Shown one piece after another: positions 1 through 10,251 of a stretch of DNA of 64,000 nt. This stretch comes from Candidatus Thermosaccharophagus tengchongensis. GTDB taxonomy: Bacteria > Armatimonadota > Fervidibacteria > Fervidibacterales > Thermosaccharophagaceae. A model generated the notes under the pieces. The model did not search any database. It was not told where the DNA came from and worked only from the letters and a program-made list of their open reading frames with translations. How positions within the stretch are numbered: the first letter of the stretch is position 1; each line of letters starts with the position of its first letter. The stretch lies in the NCBI GenBank assembly GCA_032161105.1, contig JAVHTD010000011.1. The stretch is one strand, 5' to 3'. The translations under genes and the position numbers were made by a program.

Positions 1-570
1 TGTCATCTCGCCATTACGCAGTATCACAACGCTGTTCCTTGCGGCAACCGAAGCGCTGCCCCTATCACACGACACCAAAGTCCACCCCCAAGGCATCTGG
101 GCAACACTCACCCAACCACGCTCCGTCGCCACAAACGCATTCGGCGACTGAATGACAAGCGGTATCCGTTCACCCGGATTCTGCGCAGCGCAAACCCACA
201 CTCGCCCCGCCAACACGGCAAGCCTATCGGCGCGCATCTCTATGAGCGTGTCATGGGCAATCTTCACCCTCGTTTTGGTGGGCTCCCAGCGAGCTTCAAC
301 TGCGCTCTCCTTGTCAACGCGCACCTGGTAACCCGGCAAGACTGGCATCCTTTCCCTCAGCAATTGCCATGCTGCTGCAGTGCGCTCTCTTATTTCGGCG
401 CGCCCGATAACTGATGTGATCATGAGCGAGTGCTTAATTGGGGTTGGCTTAATCTCAATCCCAGTTATCTCGCCACAGAAGCCCATCCGAGATAGAACGG
501 ATACAATGCCATAGATTGTCACCGCAATAAGCATTCCCGCTATACTCCCCTTTAAGATGTGCCACCTCAT
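1..570 (-). CDS. FecR-like domain protein with N-terminal TM/signal; runs off the left edge
   Basis: Hand translation from ATG at 570 (AGGTGAG RBS): MRWHILKGSIAGMLIAVTIYGIVSVLS...ITSVIGRAEIRERTAAAWQLLRERMPVLPGYQVRVDKESAVEARWEPTKTRVKIAHDTLIEM...LAGRVWV...IQSPNAFV. Open to position 1. The beta-strand pattern resembles FecR domains. Confidence 0.6.
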   Translation of the reverse strand, partial: MRWHILKGSIAGMLIAVTIYGIVSVLSRMGFCGEITGIEIKPTPIKHSLMITSVIGRAEIRERTAAAWQLLRERMPVLPGYQVRVDKESAVEARWEPTKTRVKIAHDTLIEMRADRLAVLAGRVWVCAAQNPGERIPLVIQSPNAFVATERGWVSVAQMPWGWTLVSCDRGSASVAARNSVVILRNGEMT

Positions 571-666
571 CGCTCACCTTTCACCTCCTTGCCTTTTTCA
601 CCTGTCATGATACCGCAACAAAAGCCATTCCGCAACATAATGGCAAACGAAAAAGGGCTTGCTCCA

Positions 667-2634
667 TCATGCATTCAGCATTCGCCTTAGCGTTGCAAGC
701 TCATCAATGGCATGCACCACCCACGCAGATGCCCATGCATGTCCCGGCGCCCAATAACCGGAGCCGTCAATTTTGAAAAGCTCACAATGTATGCCAGCCG
801 GCGTCGTAAAGGATGAGCCGCTGCGTATGAACTCCTCCGCCCTGCCAAGCCATGCCTTCGCGGATTCAACCTCGTTGCGCTCAATGTGAGCTTTGGCTAT
901 GCGCAGCATCGCCATGCCGACCCAAAGCGTGCTCATGGTGCACACCATCCCACCGGCATACGAATCGCCAACATACCTTGCAATGCCCCTTCGCCCGCCA
1001 ACTGATGTTCCAGCACCGCCGACCACCGCTTCAACTGTATTGATCGCGAGCTTTAATTCCCCATCGTCCTTAAGTGAGAGCATCTCAAATGGGGCGATGG
1101 CGCCGAGCACTGACGAATCAACCGCCCCATCAAGGTATCCGTCGGCGCTCACTCCCCTGACAAGGTGACCATTTGAGTCCATCCTTTGCAAGCTCGTCTC
1201 CTTGAGCCTCTCCGCCATCTCAAGCCACTGTAGCGCACGCCTGTTTCTCCCGTGCCTCCTTAGGAGCTCAGCTGCGCTGTAAAGCGCCCTGTATACGGCT
1301 GCGTTGGTGTATACGAACGAGCCGCGAAATGTCTCCCACAAATCCATACCGACTATTGGCACCCTACCGCTCGCTATATCTTCGGTGGCACGCTCATACA
1401 ACTTTTGAGCACCCTTCAGAGCCATGTTCATGAGCAACCGCTTGAGGCGTTCCCTCTCACCCTCATCATCGGAGAATGAAACCAAACTGCGAAGGCACTT
1501 ACAGGCGAGGATGACCATTGAAGCGATTTGATCCCATTGCAGGTTTTCATCACCGGTGCTCCACGCCGGACCAAGATGCCCATTCAACCAGTATCTCTGA
1601 AGCCACGAGCCATCACCCAACTGGACCTTGGAAGCCCACCTCATGAATTGAGCAACTTGGCTATACCTGCCCTGCTTCAACCACAACTCCATCATACAAG
1701 CCGCATCCCTGAGCCAGCAAAACCCATAGCCACCTGATGCGATGAAAGCCGGGTCAAACTCAGGCGCTGCAATTGGCGCTCCGCAGGAGCAATCAAAGAG
1801 CATCGGGAGCACAAGTTGCGCACGGATGTATGCAGCTTTCAAGTCTTCATCATCCGTTGGCGGCACGACATCTTTGAGCCATCTCGCCCAATGCCTCTTC
1901 GCCTCCGAGAGCAGCTGCTCATACGGTATGCGCCGAAGCCGCTTCGTCAATGCGATAGCCTCATCTTTGCTTCTTCCAGCTGCCACCGTTAAGTTCACAC
2001 TCAAGAATGTCTCACCGACTGGCAATTCCCATGCGAGGGCGAAGTTGACAGAGCCGATCTCAAGCGACTGACATTTGAGAGAGCCATCATAAATGTCGTC
2101 CTTAGCATTTGACCATGCGCCGACATCCGACTTGCCACATTGAAACTGATGGAGTGGTGTTGCACCAACTGCGATCCATGTATCCCTGTGCCATTGCAAC
2201 ATCAGCCTCTCGCTCGGAAAAGCCTGAACGCAATTCTTCCACTTGTGCCCATCAACCCAAAGTTCAAAATACTGGCAGATGACCGTATGCACATGCATTA
2301 ATCCGGCTCGGCGCACCTCAATCTGCCTGACGAGCGCCGGCAATTCGGGCGGGGTGAAATCGGTAAGCATCACCTCAATCCCGATGTGGCGGTTGAAAAG
2401 TCTCGTGCGGAGTATATTCGTCCCGTCAATGTATGACTGATGGCGCTCCCAAGATGGCTCAAATGTCCATGAGTAGCCATGGCCAGATGCATAAACGCCA
2501 AGCATGCACTCATGTATGTGCTGTGCGTGGTCAATGTTTGGGAAGCAGAAGCTCATAACCTCTCCACTTGCACCTATGGTGCAAAGCACCCTCCCGTTGC
2601 CAACGAGCGCCGTCGGAAGGTAAACTGTGCTCAT
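667..2634 (-). CDS. Glycoside hydrolase family 15 (glucoamylase/trehalase-like)
   Basis: APIAAPEFD, GYGFCWLRDA, DLWE, VDSSVL and GIARYVGDSY motifs. Start trimmed to MSTVYL (GAGGTG RBS). No signal peptide. Confidence 0.85.
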   Translation of the reverse strand: MSTVYLPTALVGNGRVLCTIGASGEVMSFCFPNIDHAQHIHECMLGVYASGHGYSWTFEPSWERHQSYIDGTNILRTRLFNRHIGIEVMLTDFTPPELPALVRQIEVRRAGLMHVHTVICQYFELWVDGHKWKNCVQAFPSERLMLQWHRDTWIAVGATPLHQFQCGKSDVGAWSNAKDDIYDGSLKCQSLEIGSVNFALAWELPVGETFLSVNLTVAAGRSKDEAIALTKRLRRIPYEQLLSEAKRHWARWLKDVVPPTDDEDLKAAYIRAQLVLPMLFDCSCGAPIAAPEFDPAFIASGGYGFCWLRDAACMMELWLKQGRYSQVAQFMRWASKVQLGDGSWLQRYWLNGHLGPAWSTGDENLQWDQIASMVILACKCLRSLVSFSDDEGERERLKRLLMNMALKGAQKLYERATEDIASGRVPIVGMDLWETFRGSFVYTNAAVYRALYSAAELLRRHGRNRRALQWLEMAERLKETSLQRMDSNGHLVRGVSADGYLDGAVDSSVLGAIAPFEMLSLKDDGELKLAINTVEAVVGGAGTSVGGRRGIARYVGDSYAGGMVCTMSTLWVGMAMLRIAKAHIERNEVESAKAWLGRAEEFIRSGSSFTTPAGIHCELFKIDGSGYWAPGHAWASAWVVHAIDELATLRRMLNA

Positions 2635-2751
2635 GTGAGGAACACCTCTCTTGCAGTCCTGTTTCAGTTGAAGCCGGTCAACATCACGGGCTGTCAAATT
2701 CGCTTGAGCACAATTCTTAGCATGACCAAGATGATGCGGAGGTGCAACGGG

Positions 2752-5700
2752 ATGAGATGGCGAATGGTTTGTTCACCCATCGCGCTTGTGGCTGTTGTGT
2801 TGGCAACAGCTGCGCTCCCGAAAGAATCGCTATGTGCCGACAAGGGGAAAGAGCCGGCAATCACGGTGGAACTTAAAGGGGCAACCGTTGGTGAGGCTTT
2901 GGCAATGCTTTCACAGCAAGCCAATGCGAAGGTGACACTGCGTGGCGAGACGACAGCCAAGCTCAACTTGAGCATTCGCGGCAGAAGCTTTACCGAAGCG
3001 CTTGAACTAATCTGCAGGGCGGCGCAGTGCGGCTATTGTCTCATCGGTGACGAATACATCGTCATGCCACTCCCAAAGCCGGACGAGCTCATTAAGCGTG
3101 TTGAAGATGCGTGGGCAAAACTGAAGCGCTTCAAGTGCACCGCCGTTGAGAGGCTTTGGGACGGGATCAATTGGGGCGAGAGGAAGATTGAGCTCTTTCT
3201 CTCATCACCAGACAAAGCGCTTTTGAGAGCCTCATCCACAACAGCAACGGAGGAGATATGGAGCATACAGCGTGGAGTGACCCTGCGCTACTTGCCTCAG
3301 GAGCATCTTGCGGAGCGATGGGATGAAAACAAACTCACGCGCTTGGGAATGATGCTCGGTGGTCCGGGGAATGTGGCTTGCTTTGGGCAGGCATGGAAGG
3401 CTGCCCTCAATGAATATCAACCCGTATCGGTGAGCCTTATCGCCGTGCGCGGCAAACCGGCATACCTGATGACCCTAAAGTGCATCAAGCCGAGGACAAG
3501 ATATGTGCTGTCGCACTGCGATTGCGGTCCATATGGGCTTGGCTTTTACTGCTCGCCATATATGATCACGGTCACGGAACAACCGGCATCAGTTCAACTC
3601 GCCTTTGATGTTGAGGCGCTCTCGCTCCTCCACAGAGCACATGTGAATGAAGATGGAAGGGTGACCGGCGTCGCCACGGCAGACACAACCCAACAGATGA
3701 AGGATGGCATTCCGCTATACAGGCACTATGAAATCCGGGATGCGGCAAACACGCACATAGGCGACTTCATTTACACATCGTTTGATGAGCTCACGGATGA
3801 TGGAGCGACCGAATTTGAGCTGCCACAGGATGCCGTCATCATGGACGCGGAGTTGCGAAGCGCAAGGGAATACCGAGATGACATAAAGCGAGCCGACAAC
3901 GCCAACCTGCGTTTTAACCTCGCCCGATTGCACCTTCTCAAGCTCGGCGACGCCGACGAAGCCATAACGCACATTCAAGCCGCCATTAATAGGAATCCAC
4001 AAGCGCCACAGCTCTGGCTCACCTACGCGAGGGCATGCATGAGTGCGTATAGGTATGACGATGCTGAGAACGCCCTTCGCAAGGCGGTAGAGCTATCACC
4101 TAAATCCGTTGAAGCGCATTTAATGCTCGCTGGAGTGCTCTCAGCGATGGGCAGATTGAATGAAGCGGTGGATTTGCTCAGGGCTGCGTGTGGCAATGTT
4201 GACAGGAAGAGCGCATCAAAGCTGTTGCAGCAGGAGGCAGCCTGCCTTGAGCTGCTGGGCAAGCTTGGTGAGGCAAGGAAAGTTTATTTGAGCTTGCTTT
4301 CAATGCCGGATGCTGATACGAACGCCGCCATAGCATCAGTTGAGAGATTGCTGTCAATTGCTCGCCATGATGGCGACTTCGCATCCCTCGCCAAGGAGGC
4401 AAAGGAGCTCTCCGCAAGGCAACCATCGCCATTCCTTCATCTGCTGTTAATGCAAGTGGCGCTTGAGTTGGGTGATGCGGATGGCGCAAATGAGTACCAT
4501 GCGGCACTTGTGCGAATGCATCCTTACAATCTGCCGCTGAGGCTGAGTGTCGCCAACGCATTTATGATGCACGGAATGCTTAACGAAGCCGAAGCCGAAT
4601 ACTCCGCTGTAGTGGCGCTTCACCCGCTATCACCACACGCATCCGTAGCGAGGCGTCAACTCAGCGCCATAGCCATAAGGCGTGGTCAGTATGCTCAAGC
4701 GTTTGGATGGCTGCTCGCCGTTGAGAGATGGCTTGATGGATATGCGGACATGCTTGATACGGTCAGGTCATTTGAGGAGACATTCATGCGCCACTTCTCC
4801 GCTGACGCGCTTCAGGCATACGCCGAAGCATGCATTGAGCGCGGGATGCATCGTGAAATCATATACACGCTCATAACCGACCTGTATCACTTGGCAGCCG
4901 ACTATAGTGGCACATTAACATGGGCGAGGAGGGGCACAGCGCGCTACCCGAACAACATATGGCTCAAGAGGGCAGAGGTGCAAGCGCTGCGAGACGCAAA
5001 GAAGTGGCGTGACTTGGAGATCGTCCTTCGGCGCGAGTGTGAGCGCAACCGCACCCAACCATACTTTCACGCCGAACGCATCTGGCTATACTATCGCTGG
5101 AGGACTTCATTGAGCCTCCCGAGGGATAGGTCGGAATTTGCCACCGTCCTGCGCAGCGAGAGGAATTCAAGGGAGGAGTTCTTGCAACGGTTCGGCGATG
5201 TGCCGCTATCTCGGCTCGTTTATGGCATCGCATTAGCCAACGATGTCGCCTCGTTCCAATCGCCGCCATTTGATGCCCTGTCAATGTTAGAAGACGCCCT
5301 CAACTCACGGATGCCCGACGGTGACATAGGGGATGTAATTGTGACACTGCGCAGGGCACTCGCATCATGCTATGGGCGCACGGGAAAGTGGGCAAGCGCG
5401 AGGGCGCAATACAGGGCACTCATGCGCCTGATTAACGACGAGTTTGAGCTTGCTGCATTGGCTCGCGAATGGATGATGGGCGAGGTCTCAAGGAAGCGAT
5501 TTAACGAAGCCCTATTGTCCGTGCACGCCACAATGAGCGGGTGCGAACCGATATCGGTTAAAAGGGCACTTTTGACAGCGCTGACCGAGTTAATGGTCAT
5601 CCCACCAGATGTGATGCCGCTTCAAAGGCAACTATTTGAAGCCGATGTGAATGAACGCCTATCAATCATGCAACAATGGCTGAATCAAAACGGCACAGAC

Positions 5701-6426
5701 CCAGCAGCGCTGGTTATGGCTGGATGGGTGGCAACGATGCGCAATGACGCAAAAGCAGCGGGCTCGCACTTTGAAACGGCAATGGCAAGGTTATCGGGAG
5801 TGAAGAACTTGACAGTCAGATGCGACCTGCTTGAGCTTGTCGGTGACGGCTTTGCGGCTTTGGGTGACAGCCAGAAGGCTGTATCGGCATACGAGGAGCT
5901 CATTCGCCTGCATCCGGCGAGGCTCTCAGCATACCGCAAGCTGGTTGCCATCCACATTCAAAGCGGCAACGCAAAGGCAGCTTTAGAAGCGGCAAAGCGA
6001 ATGCTCGCATACTCACCGACCAACTCCGGAACGCTGTTCATCTACGCACAAGCGCTCGCATCATCCGGCGACTCGGCTCAGGCATTGAAGTGGATTGATA
6101 GAGCAATCACAGTTGCGCAGGTTAATGCCGATACATCCCTCACGGAGTTGGGAGCTTACATGCTCATGAAAGCAAAGCTGCTTGAGGGATTGGGGAAGGA
6201 GGAGGAAGCTGTGAAGGTTTATCGTCAGGTCGCATTGGGTGCCGGGGTAAGGAAGGTTGTCCGCAGAGCCGCGATTGAGTGGCTGTGCAAATACTACGAG
6301 GGGCGCGGCGATGTTGATGAACTTGCAGGTTGGCTCAGATGGCTCATGTGGGCAGCGCCGGAACTGCAAAAGGACATTGAGGGCAAACTCAAAGCCATTA
6401 AGAGCGCACCGCAGCTGAAGCAATAA
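2752..6426 (+). CDS. Large secreted protein: STN/secretin-N-like domain + LolA/RseB-like domain + long TPR array
   Basis: Signal peptide after a GGAGGTG RBS. ITVELKGATVGEALAMLSQQ...EALELICRAAQ (STN-like). LIKRVEDAWAKLKRFKCT...LFLSSPDKALL (LolA-like). Many TPRs, e.g. AITHIQAAINRNPQ, AENALRKAVELSPK, AVSAYEELIRLHP. Confidence 0.7.
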   Translation: MRWRMVCSPIALVAVVLATAALPKESLCADKGKEPAITVELKGATVGEALAMLSQQANAKVTLRGETTAKLNLSIRGRSFTEALELICRAAQCGYCLIGDEYIVMPLPKPDELIKRVEDAWAKLKRFKCTAVERLWDGINWGERKIELFLSSPDKALLRASSTTATEEIWSIQRGVTLRYLPQEHLAERWDENKLTRLGMMLGGPGNVACFGQAWKAALNEYQPVSVSLIAVRGKPAYLMTLKCIKPRTRYVLSHCDCGPYGLGFYCSPYMITVTEQPASVQLAFDVEALSLLHRAHVNEDGRVTGVATADTTQQMKDGIPLYRHYEIRDAANTHIGDFIYTSFDELTDDGATEFELPQDAVIMDAELRSAREYRDDIKRADNANLRFNLARLHLLKLGDADEAITHIQAAINRNPQAPQLWLTYARACMSAYRYDDAENALRKAVELSPKSVEAHLMLAGVLSAMGRLNEAVDLLRAACGNVDRKSASKLLQQEAACLELLGKLGEARKVYLSLLSMPDADTNAAIASVERLLSIARHDGDFASLAKEAKELSARQPSPFLHLLLMQVALELGDADGANEYHAALVRMHPYNLPLRLSVANAFMMHGMLNEAEAEYSAVVALHPLSPHASVARRQLSAIAIRRGQYAQAFGWLLAVERWLDGYADMLDTVRSFEETFMRHFSADALQAYAEACIERGMHREIIYTLITDLYHLAADYSGTLTWARRGTARYPNNIWLKRAEVQALRDAKKWRDLEIVLRRECERNRTQPYFHAERIWLYYRWRTSLSLPRDRSEFATVLRSERNSREEFLQRFGDVPLSRLVYGIALANDVASFQSPPFDALSMLEDALNSRMPDGDIGDVIVTLRRALASCYGRTGKWASARAQYRALMRLINDEFELAALAREWMMGEVSRKRFNEALLSVHATMSGCEPISVKRALLTALTELMVIPPDVMPLQRQLFEADVNERLSIMQQWLNQNGTDPAALVMAGWVATMRNDAKAAGSHFETAMARLSGVKNLTVRCDLLELVGDGFAALGDSQKAVSAYEELIRLHPARLSAYRKLVAIHIQSGNAKAALEAAKRMLAYSPTNSGTLFIYAQALASSGDSAQALKWIDRAITVAQVNADTSLTELGAYMLMKAKLLEGLGKEEEAVKVYRQVALGAGVRKVVRRAAIEWLCKYYEGRGDVDELAGWLRWLMWAAPELQKDIEGKLKAIKSAPQLKQ

Positions 6427-6499
6427 GCCAAAGGCAACACAGCCACATGCCGGCGTTGTGTCATCCCCATGTGCTCCGAAACGCAACTCTTGAAAGACA

Positions 6500-7183
6500 T
6501 CAAACTCTCTCAAGGAGCACGACCCACTTATCTGAAAGGAACGGTGCATACGGGCGAGTTGAGAAGACAGAACGCACCCTCAAACCAGCCTCATGGACGA
6601 GCTCTATCAGGTCTTGCTTGCTAAAGCGATATTTGAGTTCGCTCATCAAGCCGAGTTTATGGCGCAGCCAGTGCAACAGGTATCGCACTGTGTAGCGATG
6701 CCTGAACTCAACGATGACCCAACGCGCACTCACACGCTTCATTTCGCTGAGGATGCGCAGCTGAATTTCCCTCGGCACATGAAACATGAACCTGATGCAG
6801 ATGACGGCATCAAATGCTTCGTCCTTAAACGGCAACCTCTCAGCATCACACACGACCAAGCCGATTAGCCCATCAATATGCGGCTTCGGTTTGCGCGATG
6901 CTTCAAGCAGCATGGCATGTGATATGTCCGAACCAACAAACTTTATTCCCTCTTGTGAGAGCAATTGAAAGACACGCCCAGTGCCACACGGCACATCCAA
7001 AGCGAAGCGAATCGGCGTGCCAAGCGAGTTGGCATACCTTATAGCTCGCCTTATGGCGGCAATATCGCGCATGTGGCGCATGCGCCCAAACAGCCCGCCA
7101 AAGCGCCTCACCTCGTATTCCCTCGCAACAATCCCATCACGGTAGTGCCACTTGCGCCTGCAGTAGTGCTCAATGCTTTCCAC
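6500..7183 (-). CDS. Class I SAM-dependent methyltransferase
   Basis: ALDVPCGTGR, GSDISHAML and CDAERLPFKDEAFDAVIC motifs. Start uncertain (GTG at 7183 has an AGGTG RBS; the ORF is open to 7363). Confidence 0.85.
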   Translation of the reverse strand: MESIEHYCRRKWHYRDGIVAREYEVRRFGGLFGRMRHMRDIAAIRRAIRYANSLGTPIRFALDVPCGTGRVFQLLSQEGIKFVGSDISHAMLLEASRKPKPHIDGLIGLVVCDAERLPFKDEAFDAVICIRFMFHVPREIQLRILSEMKRVSARWVIVEFRHRYTVRYLLHWLRHKLGLMSELKYRFSKQDLIELVHEAGLRVRSVFSTRPYAPFLSDKWVVLLERV

Positions 7184-7289
7184 GCTCGCCCACCTTGCCC
7201 AATTTGTTGTGTTGAGGTTATCACTGTGAACGCTATCCCAATTTGCCTTCCGCTCAACTTCATGTGAGCCACATTGCAAAAGCGTAAAC

Positions 7290-8162
7290 TCAAGTTGACT
7301 TCCCCCGCACAACGCGAGCCTCAATTGCCGATGGAAGCCGGCGTGGCATTCGCATTGAAGCACCCCTCATTTGCCCATCGCGACTTTCCACCCAGAGCGC
7401 CTTCTTCCACACGCGCTTTATCAGGGCTATATCACTCGGCTCAAGCCTGCTGCGCATTGCATATGCGAGATAGAAGCGAAGCCTATCAACATCGGACAGC
7501 GGCACATGATGGTAACTTGATAGCAGGAGCTTAGCCAAATCCTTTATCATCGCCCTGCGCCAAAACCTCGGTCGGACAAGCCTATCAAGGTCAAGCAGGA
7601 TTAGTTCGTATTCACCGTCGCCATGCGGGCGCACGGCAATGTGATACAGGAACAAGTCCTGATGGAATAGCCCAAGCGAATGCAACTTTGATACAAGCGT
7701 TGCAAGTTGCAAGATGAGTTTCCGCCTAACCATTTGCCCCGGCAGCGGTGATGCAATCTCACCCCTGAGAAACTCATCAAGCCTGAGCGCATCAACCCCC
7801 TCAGTCAAAAGGAAAGCCTCATTAAATCCCATTCGCCATCTTGAGCCAGCCGCAACTGGTTTCGCTGTCGCTATTCCGAGCGAGTTAAGAAGCATGATAT
7901 TGCGCAGCTCTTTTAAGCCATAAAATCCGAGCGTGCCACCGCGCAAGATGGCGCTCAAAAAATCCCAAAGCGATGCCCATCTCCTCTTGAGGTAAAACGA
8001 AACACCGTCAACCTCGAATGAGCACACCTCTTTCCTGCCGCGCCTTTTGACCAGCTTACCGCCGAAGCTCATGAAGGAGTCAAACGATGTTAACCCGCAC
8101 TTGCTCAGCAGCTCAACATAAGCCTCATCAACAAGCATCCCATCGTAAGAGCGCATCGGCAT
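7290..8162 (-). CDS. Lipopolysaccharide kinase (Kdo/WaaP/InaA family)
   Basis: FYLKR, E..N...L..LGIATAKPVAAG, LHSLGLFHQDLFLYHI, LLDLDR, KDLAKL and DRLRFYLAY motifs. Confidence 0.85.
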   Translation of the reverse strand: MPMRSYDGMLVDEAYVELLSKCGLTSFDSFMSFGGKLVKRRGRKEVCSFEVDGVSFYLKRRWASLWDFLSAILRGGTLGFYGLKELRNIMLLNSLGIATAKPVAAGSRWRMGFNEAFLLTEGVDALRLDEFLRGEIASPLPGQMVRRKLILQLATLVSKLHSLGLFHQDLFLYHIAVRPHGDGEYELILLDLDRLVRPRFWRRAMIKDLAKLLLSSYHHVPLSDVDRLRFYLAYAMRSRLEPSDIALIKRVWKKALWVESRDGQMRGASMRMPRRLPSAIEARVVRGKST

Positions 8163-8508
8163 GCCACATCACCATCAAACACCAGCAACAGGTTCACAAA
8201 CTCAAAACCGCATGCCGCAACGGATGCCGCCGACACTCACATGCAATGCCCAATATACACCCGCTCAGGCAGCGCTGTTGAAGCGTTACCAGACGATGCC
8301 ATCAAATGGAGTTTGACACCGTCTTAGCGCTCTGGAAACAGAATGCACAACTTGCCATCGCCATCAAACACGCTTGAGGCAAACTGAGCAATTGGGCACG
8401 CGATGGGTGAGCACAATTGCGTCATTCCAACTGGCGTGCCAATGGAGAAACCTTTGTCGTGCCATGGATGTGCTTCCGACAACGCAGCAGTGTTGATGGT
8501 GATTTGCA

Positions 8509-9927
8509 ATGGAGCGCTACAGGGACATCATCCCAAACTATGAAGAGTTTCTTCGTGTCGCAATGGAGCCGATGCCGACGACGGTCAGAGTCAACCTGCT
8601 CAGGATATCCGTTGAAGAGTTGATGAGCAGGTTCGCAGCGAAAGGGTTCAAAGTTGAGCGCTCTCAATGGTGCCCTTACTTGCTCACGCTTCATGGCGAT
8701 ATACCCGTCGGTTCAACGATTGAGCATTGGCTTGGTCTTTGCTACATTCAGGAGGCTACCTCGCTCATTGCTCCGTTGGCTTTATCACCGAAGCCGAAAG
8801 ATGTGGTGCTTGACTTGTGCGCAGCACCAGGCGGAAAGACCACGCACATTGCAATGCTCATGAACGGCACTGGAACAATTGTTGCCAATGACCCAAATGC
8901 AAAGCGCCTGAGGGCTTTGGCGAGCAACCTATACAAGTTGAGCGTCACAAATTGCATCATCACCGAATACAACGGGACGCGCTTTCCGCTCTCGGAACTC
9001 AAATTTGACTGTGCACTCGTTGATGCACCATGTTCAGCTGAGGGTAATTTGCGCAAGTCACCACAGAGGCGCTCTGGGACGAGCGTGAGCTATTCAAGAC
9101 GCATGAGCGGGATACAGAAGGCTTTGCTGCTGCGCGCAATTGATTCGGTCAAAGCCGGCGGCGTTGTAGTCTACTCAACATGCACATTTGCGCCAGAGGA
9201 AAACGAGATGGTAGTTCAACATGCGCTTAACAAGCGCGATGTCAAAATTGAGCCAGTTGAAATTGAAGCGCCCCACTCACCCGGATTGACAAAGTGGGAT
9301 GGCGTTTCCTTTCACAGCGACATGCAATATGCGATTCGCATATACCCACACCATTTCAACTCCGGTGGTGGCTTCGTAGCACGCTTGAGAAAAATCGGCG
9401 ATGGCAAAAGTGAGCCACATAGCGATAATACATTCCACCACAAAATGCGCAGGCAAGTGCAAATGGCAAAGCCCGACACCATCAATTCACTCATCGGTTA
9501 CTTCAACGAGCGCTTCGGCATACCAACATTCGTCTTTGATGGGCTTAATTTTGTTGAGTCCGCAGACAGCATATGGGTGACCAGTGCTGACTTGAGCTGC
9601 GCGGATGTGCTTGGCAAAGTTTCATCCATCGGGATGCGCCTTGCGCACATCATGGACGGCAGGTTCAAACCAACAAGCTACGCCCTCATGTGGTTACAAC
9701 CGCACATTAAGTCTGGCATCATCAGCGTTACTTTGGATGAGCTGGTGAAGCTGCTCCTTGGTCAATCAGTCAAATTGCGTTCCGACAATACGAGGGGCTT
9801 CGTCGCCATAGCTTTTGAAGGCGACATACTCGGCTGTGGCTTCTTCACAGGCGATGAGCTGCGCTGCGAAATGCCAAAGGGCAGAAGGGCAGAATTGCTT
9901 GATGTGCTACACTGTGAACGCCGCTAA
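8509..9927 (+). CDS. RsmB/RsmF (NOL1/NOP2/Sun) RNA m5C methyltransferase
   Basis: TVRVN, YIQEATS, LDLCAAPGGKT, VDAPCSAEG, VYSTCTFAPEENE and RIYPH motifs, plus an RsmF-like C-terminal extension. Confidence 0.9.
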   Translation: MERYRDIIPNYEEFLRVAMEPMPTTVRVNLLRISVEELMSRFAAKGFKVERSQWCPYLLTLHGDIPVGSTIEHWLGLCYIQEATSLIAPLALSPKPKDVVLDLCAAPGGKTTHIAMLMNGTGTIVANDPNAKRLRALASNLYKLSVTNCIITEYNGTRFPLSELKFDCALVDAPCSAEGNLRKSPQRRSGTSVSYSRRMSGIQKALLLRAIDSVKAGGVVVYSTCTFAPEENEMVVQHALNKRDVKIEPVEIEAPHSPGLTKWDGVSFHSDMQYAIRIYPHHFNSGGGFVARLRKIGDGKSEPHSDNTFHHKMRRQVQMAKPDTINSLIGYFNERFGIPTFVFDGLNFVESADSIWVTSADLSCADVLGKVSSIGMRLAHIMDGRFKPTSYALMWLQPHIKSGIISVTLDELVKLLLGQSVKLRSDNTRGFVAIAFEGDILGCGFFTGDELRCEMPKGRRAELLDVLHCERR

Positions 9928-9929
9928 CT

Positions 9930-9953
9930 GTAGTGGCGGACGATAGTCCGCCA
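9930..9953 (+). repeat. GTAG-headed REP-like hairpin, possibly also a terminator
   Basis: GTAG-TGGCGGAC-gata-GTCCGCCA: perfect 8-bp stem just after the methyltransferase stop. Confidence 0.6.
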
Positions 9954-10014
9954 GAAATCGCTCCTTACACCGTATGCCACCAAGCAATAGCGAAGTGGCG
10001 TTAGTCGTAACTCC

Positions 10015-10202
10015 GTTCGTAGTAAGCCACGAAGCGATAGCGAAGTGGCGTTCATCGTGACTCACTGACGGCACTCCACTTCGTTGCGTGCCTCACTACG
10101 AACCTTATAACCGTTCGTAGTAAGCCACAAAGCGATAGCGAAGTGGCGTTCGTCACGACATCGCTGACGGCACTCCACTTCGTTCCGTGCCTTACTACGA
10201 AC
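10015..10202. repeat. Two tandem ~90-bp REP-doublet/MITE-like units, plus a partial copy at ~9975-10002
   Basis: Units at 10015-10103 and 10113-10202. Each starts GTTCGTAGTAAGCCAC and ends GTGCCT(C/T)ACTACGAAC (16-bp imperfect terminal inverted repeat), with internal hairpins GCCAC..GTGGC and GGCAC..GTGCC. Confidence 0.85.
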
Positions 10203-10251
10203 TTCTGATCCATTGTCTGTTTGCTGTCTGTTTGCGTGGGCGGACGACGGC

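Noticed and set aside
2479..2751. N-terminal extensions overlapping the GH15 and TPR ORFs
   Set aside because: Better starts with RBSs exist at 2634 (-) and 2752 (+), leaving a normal divergent promoter gap.
9975..10202. CRISPR array
   Set aside because: Units are ~90 bp with terminal inverted repeats and only a 9-bp gap. There are no unique 30-40 bp spacers and no cas genes.
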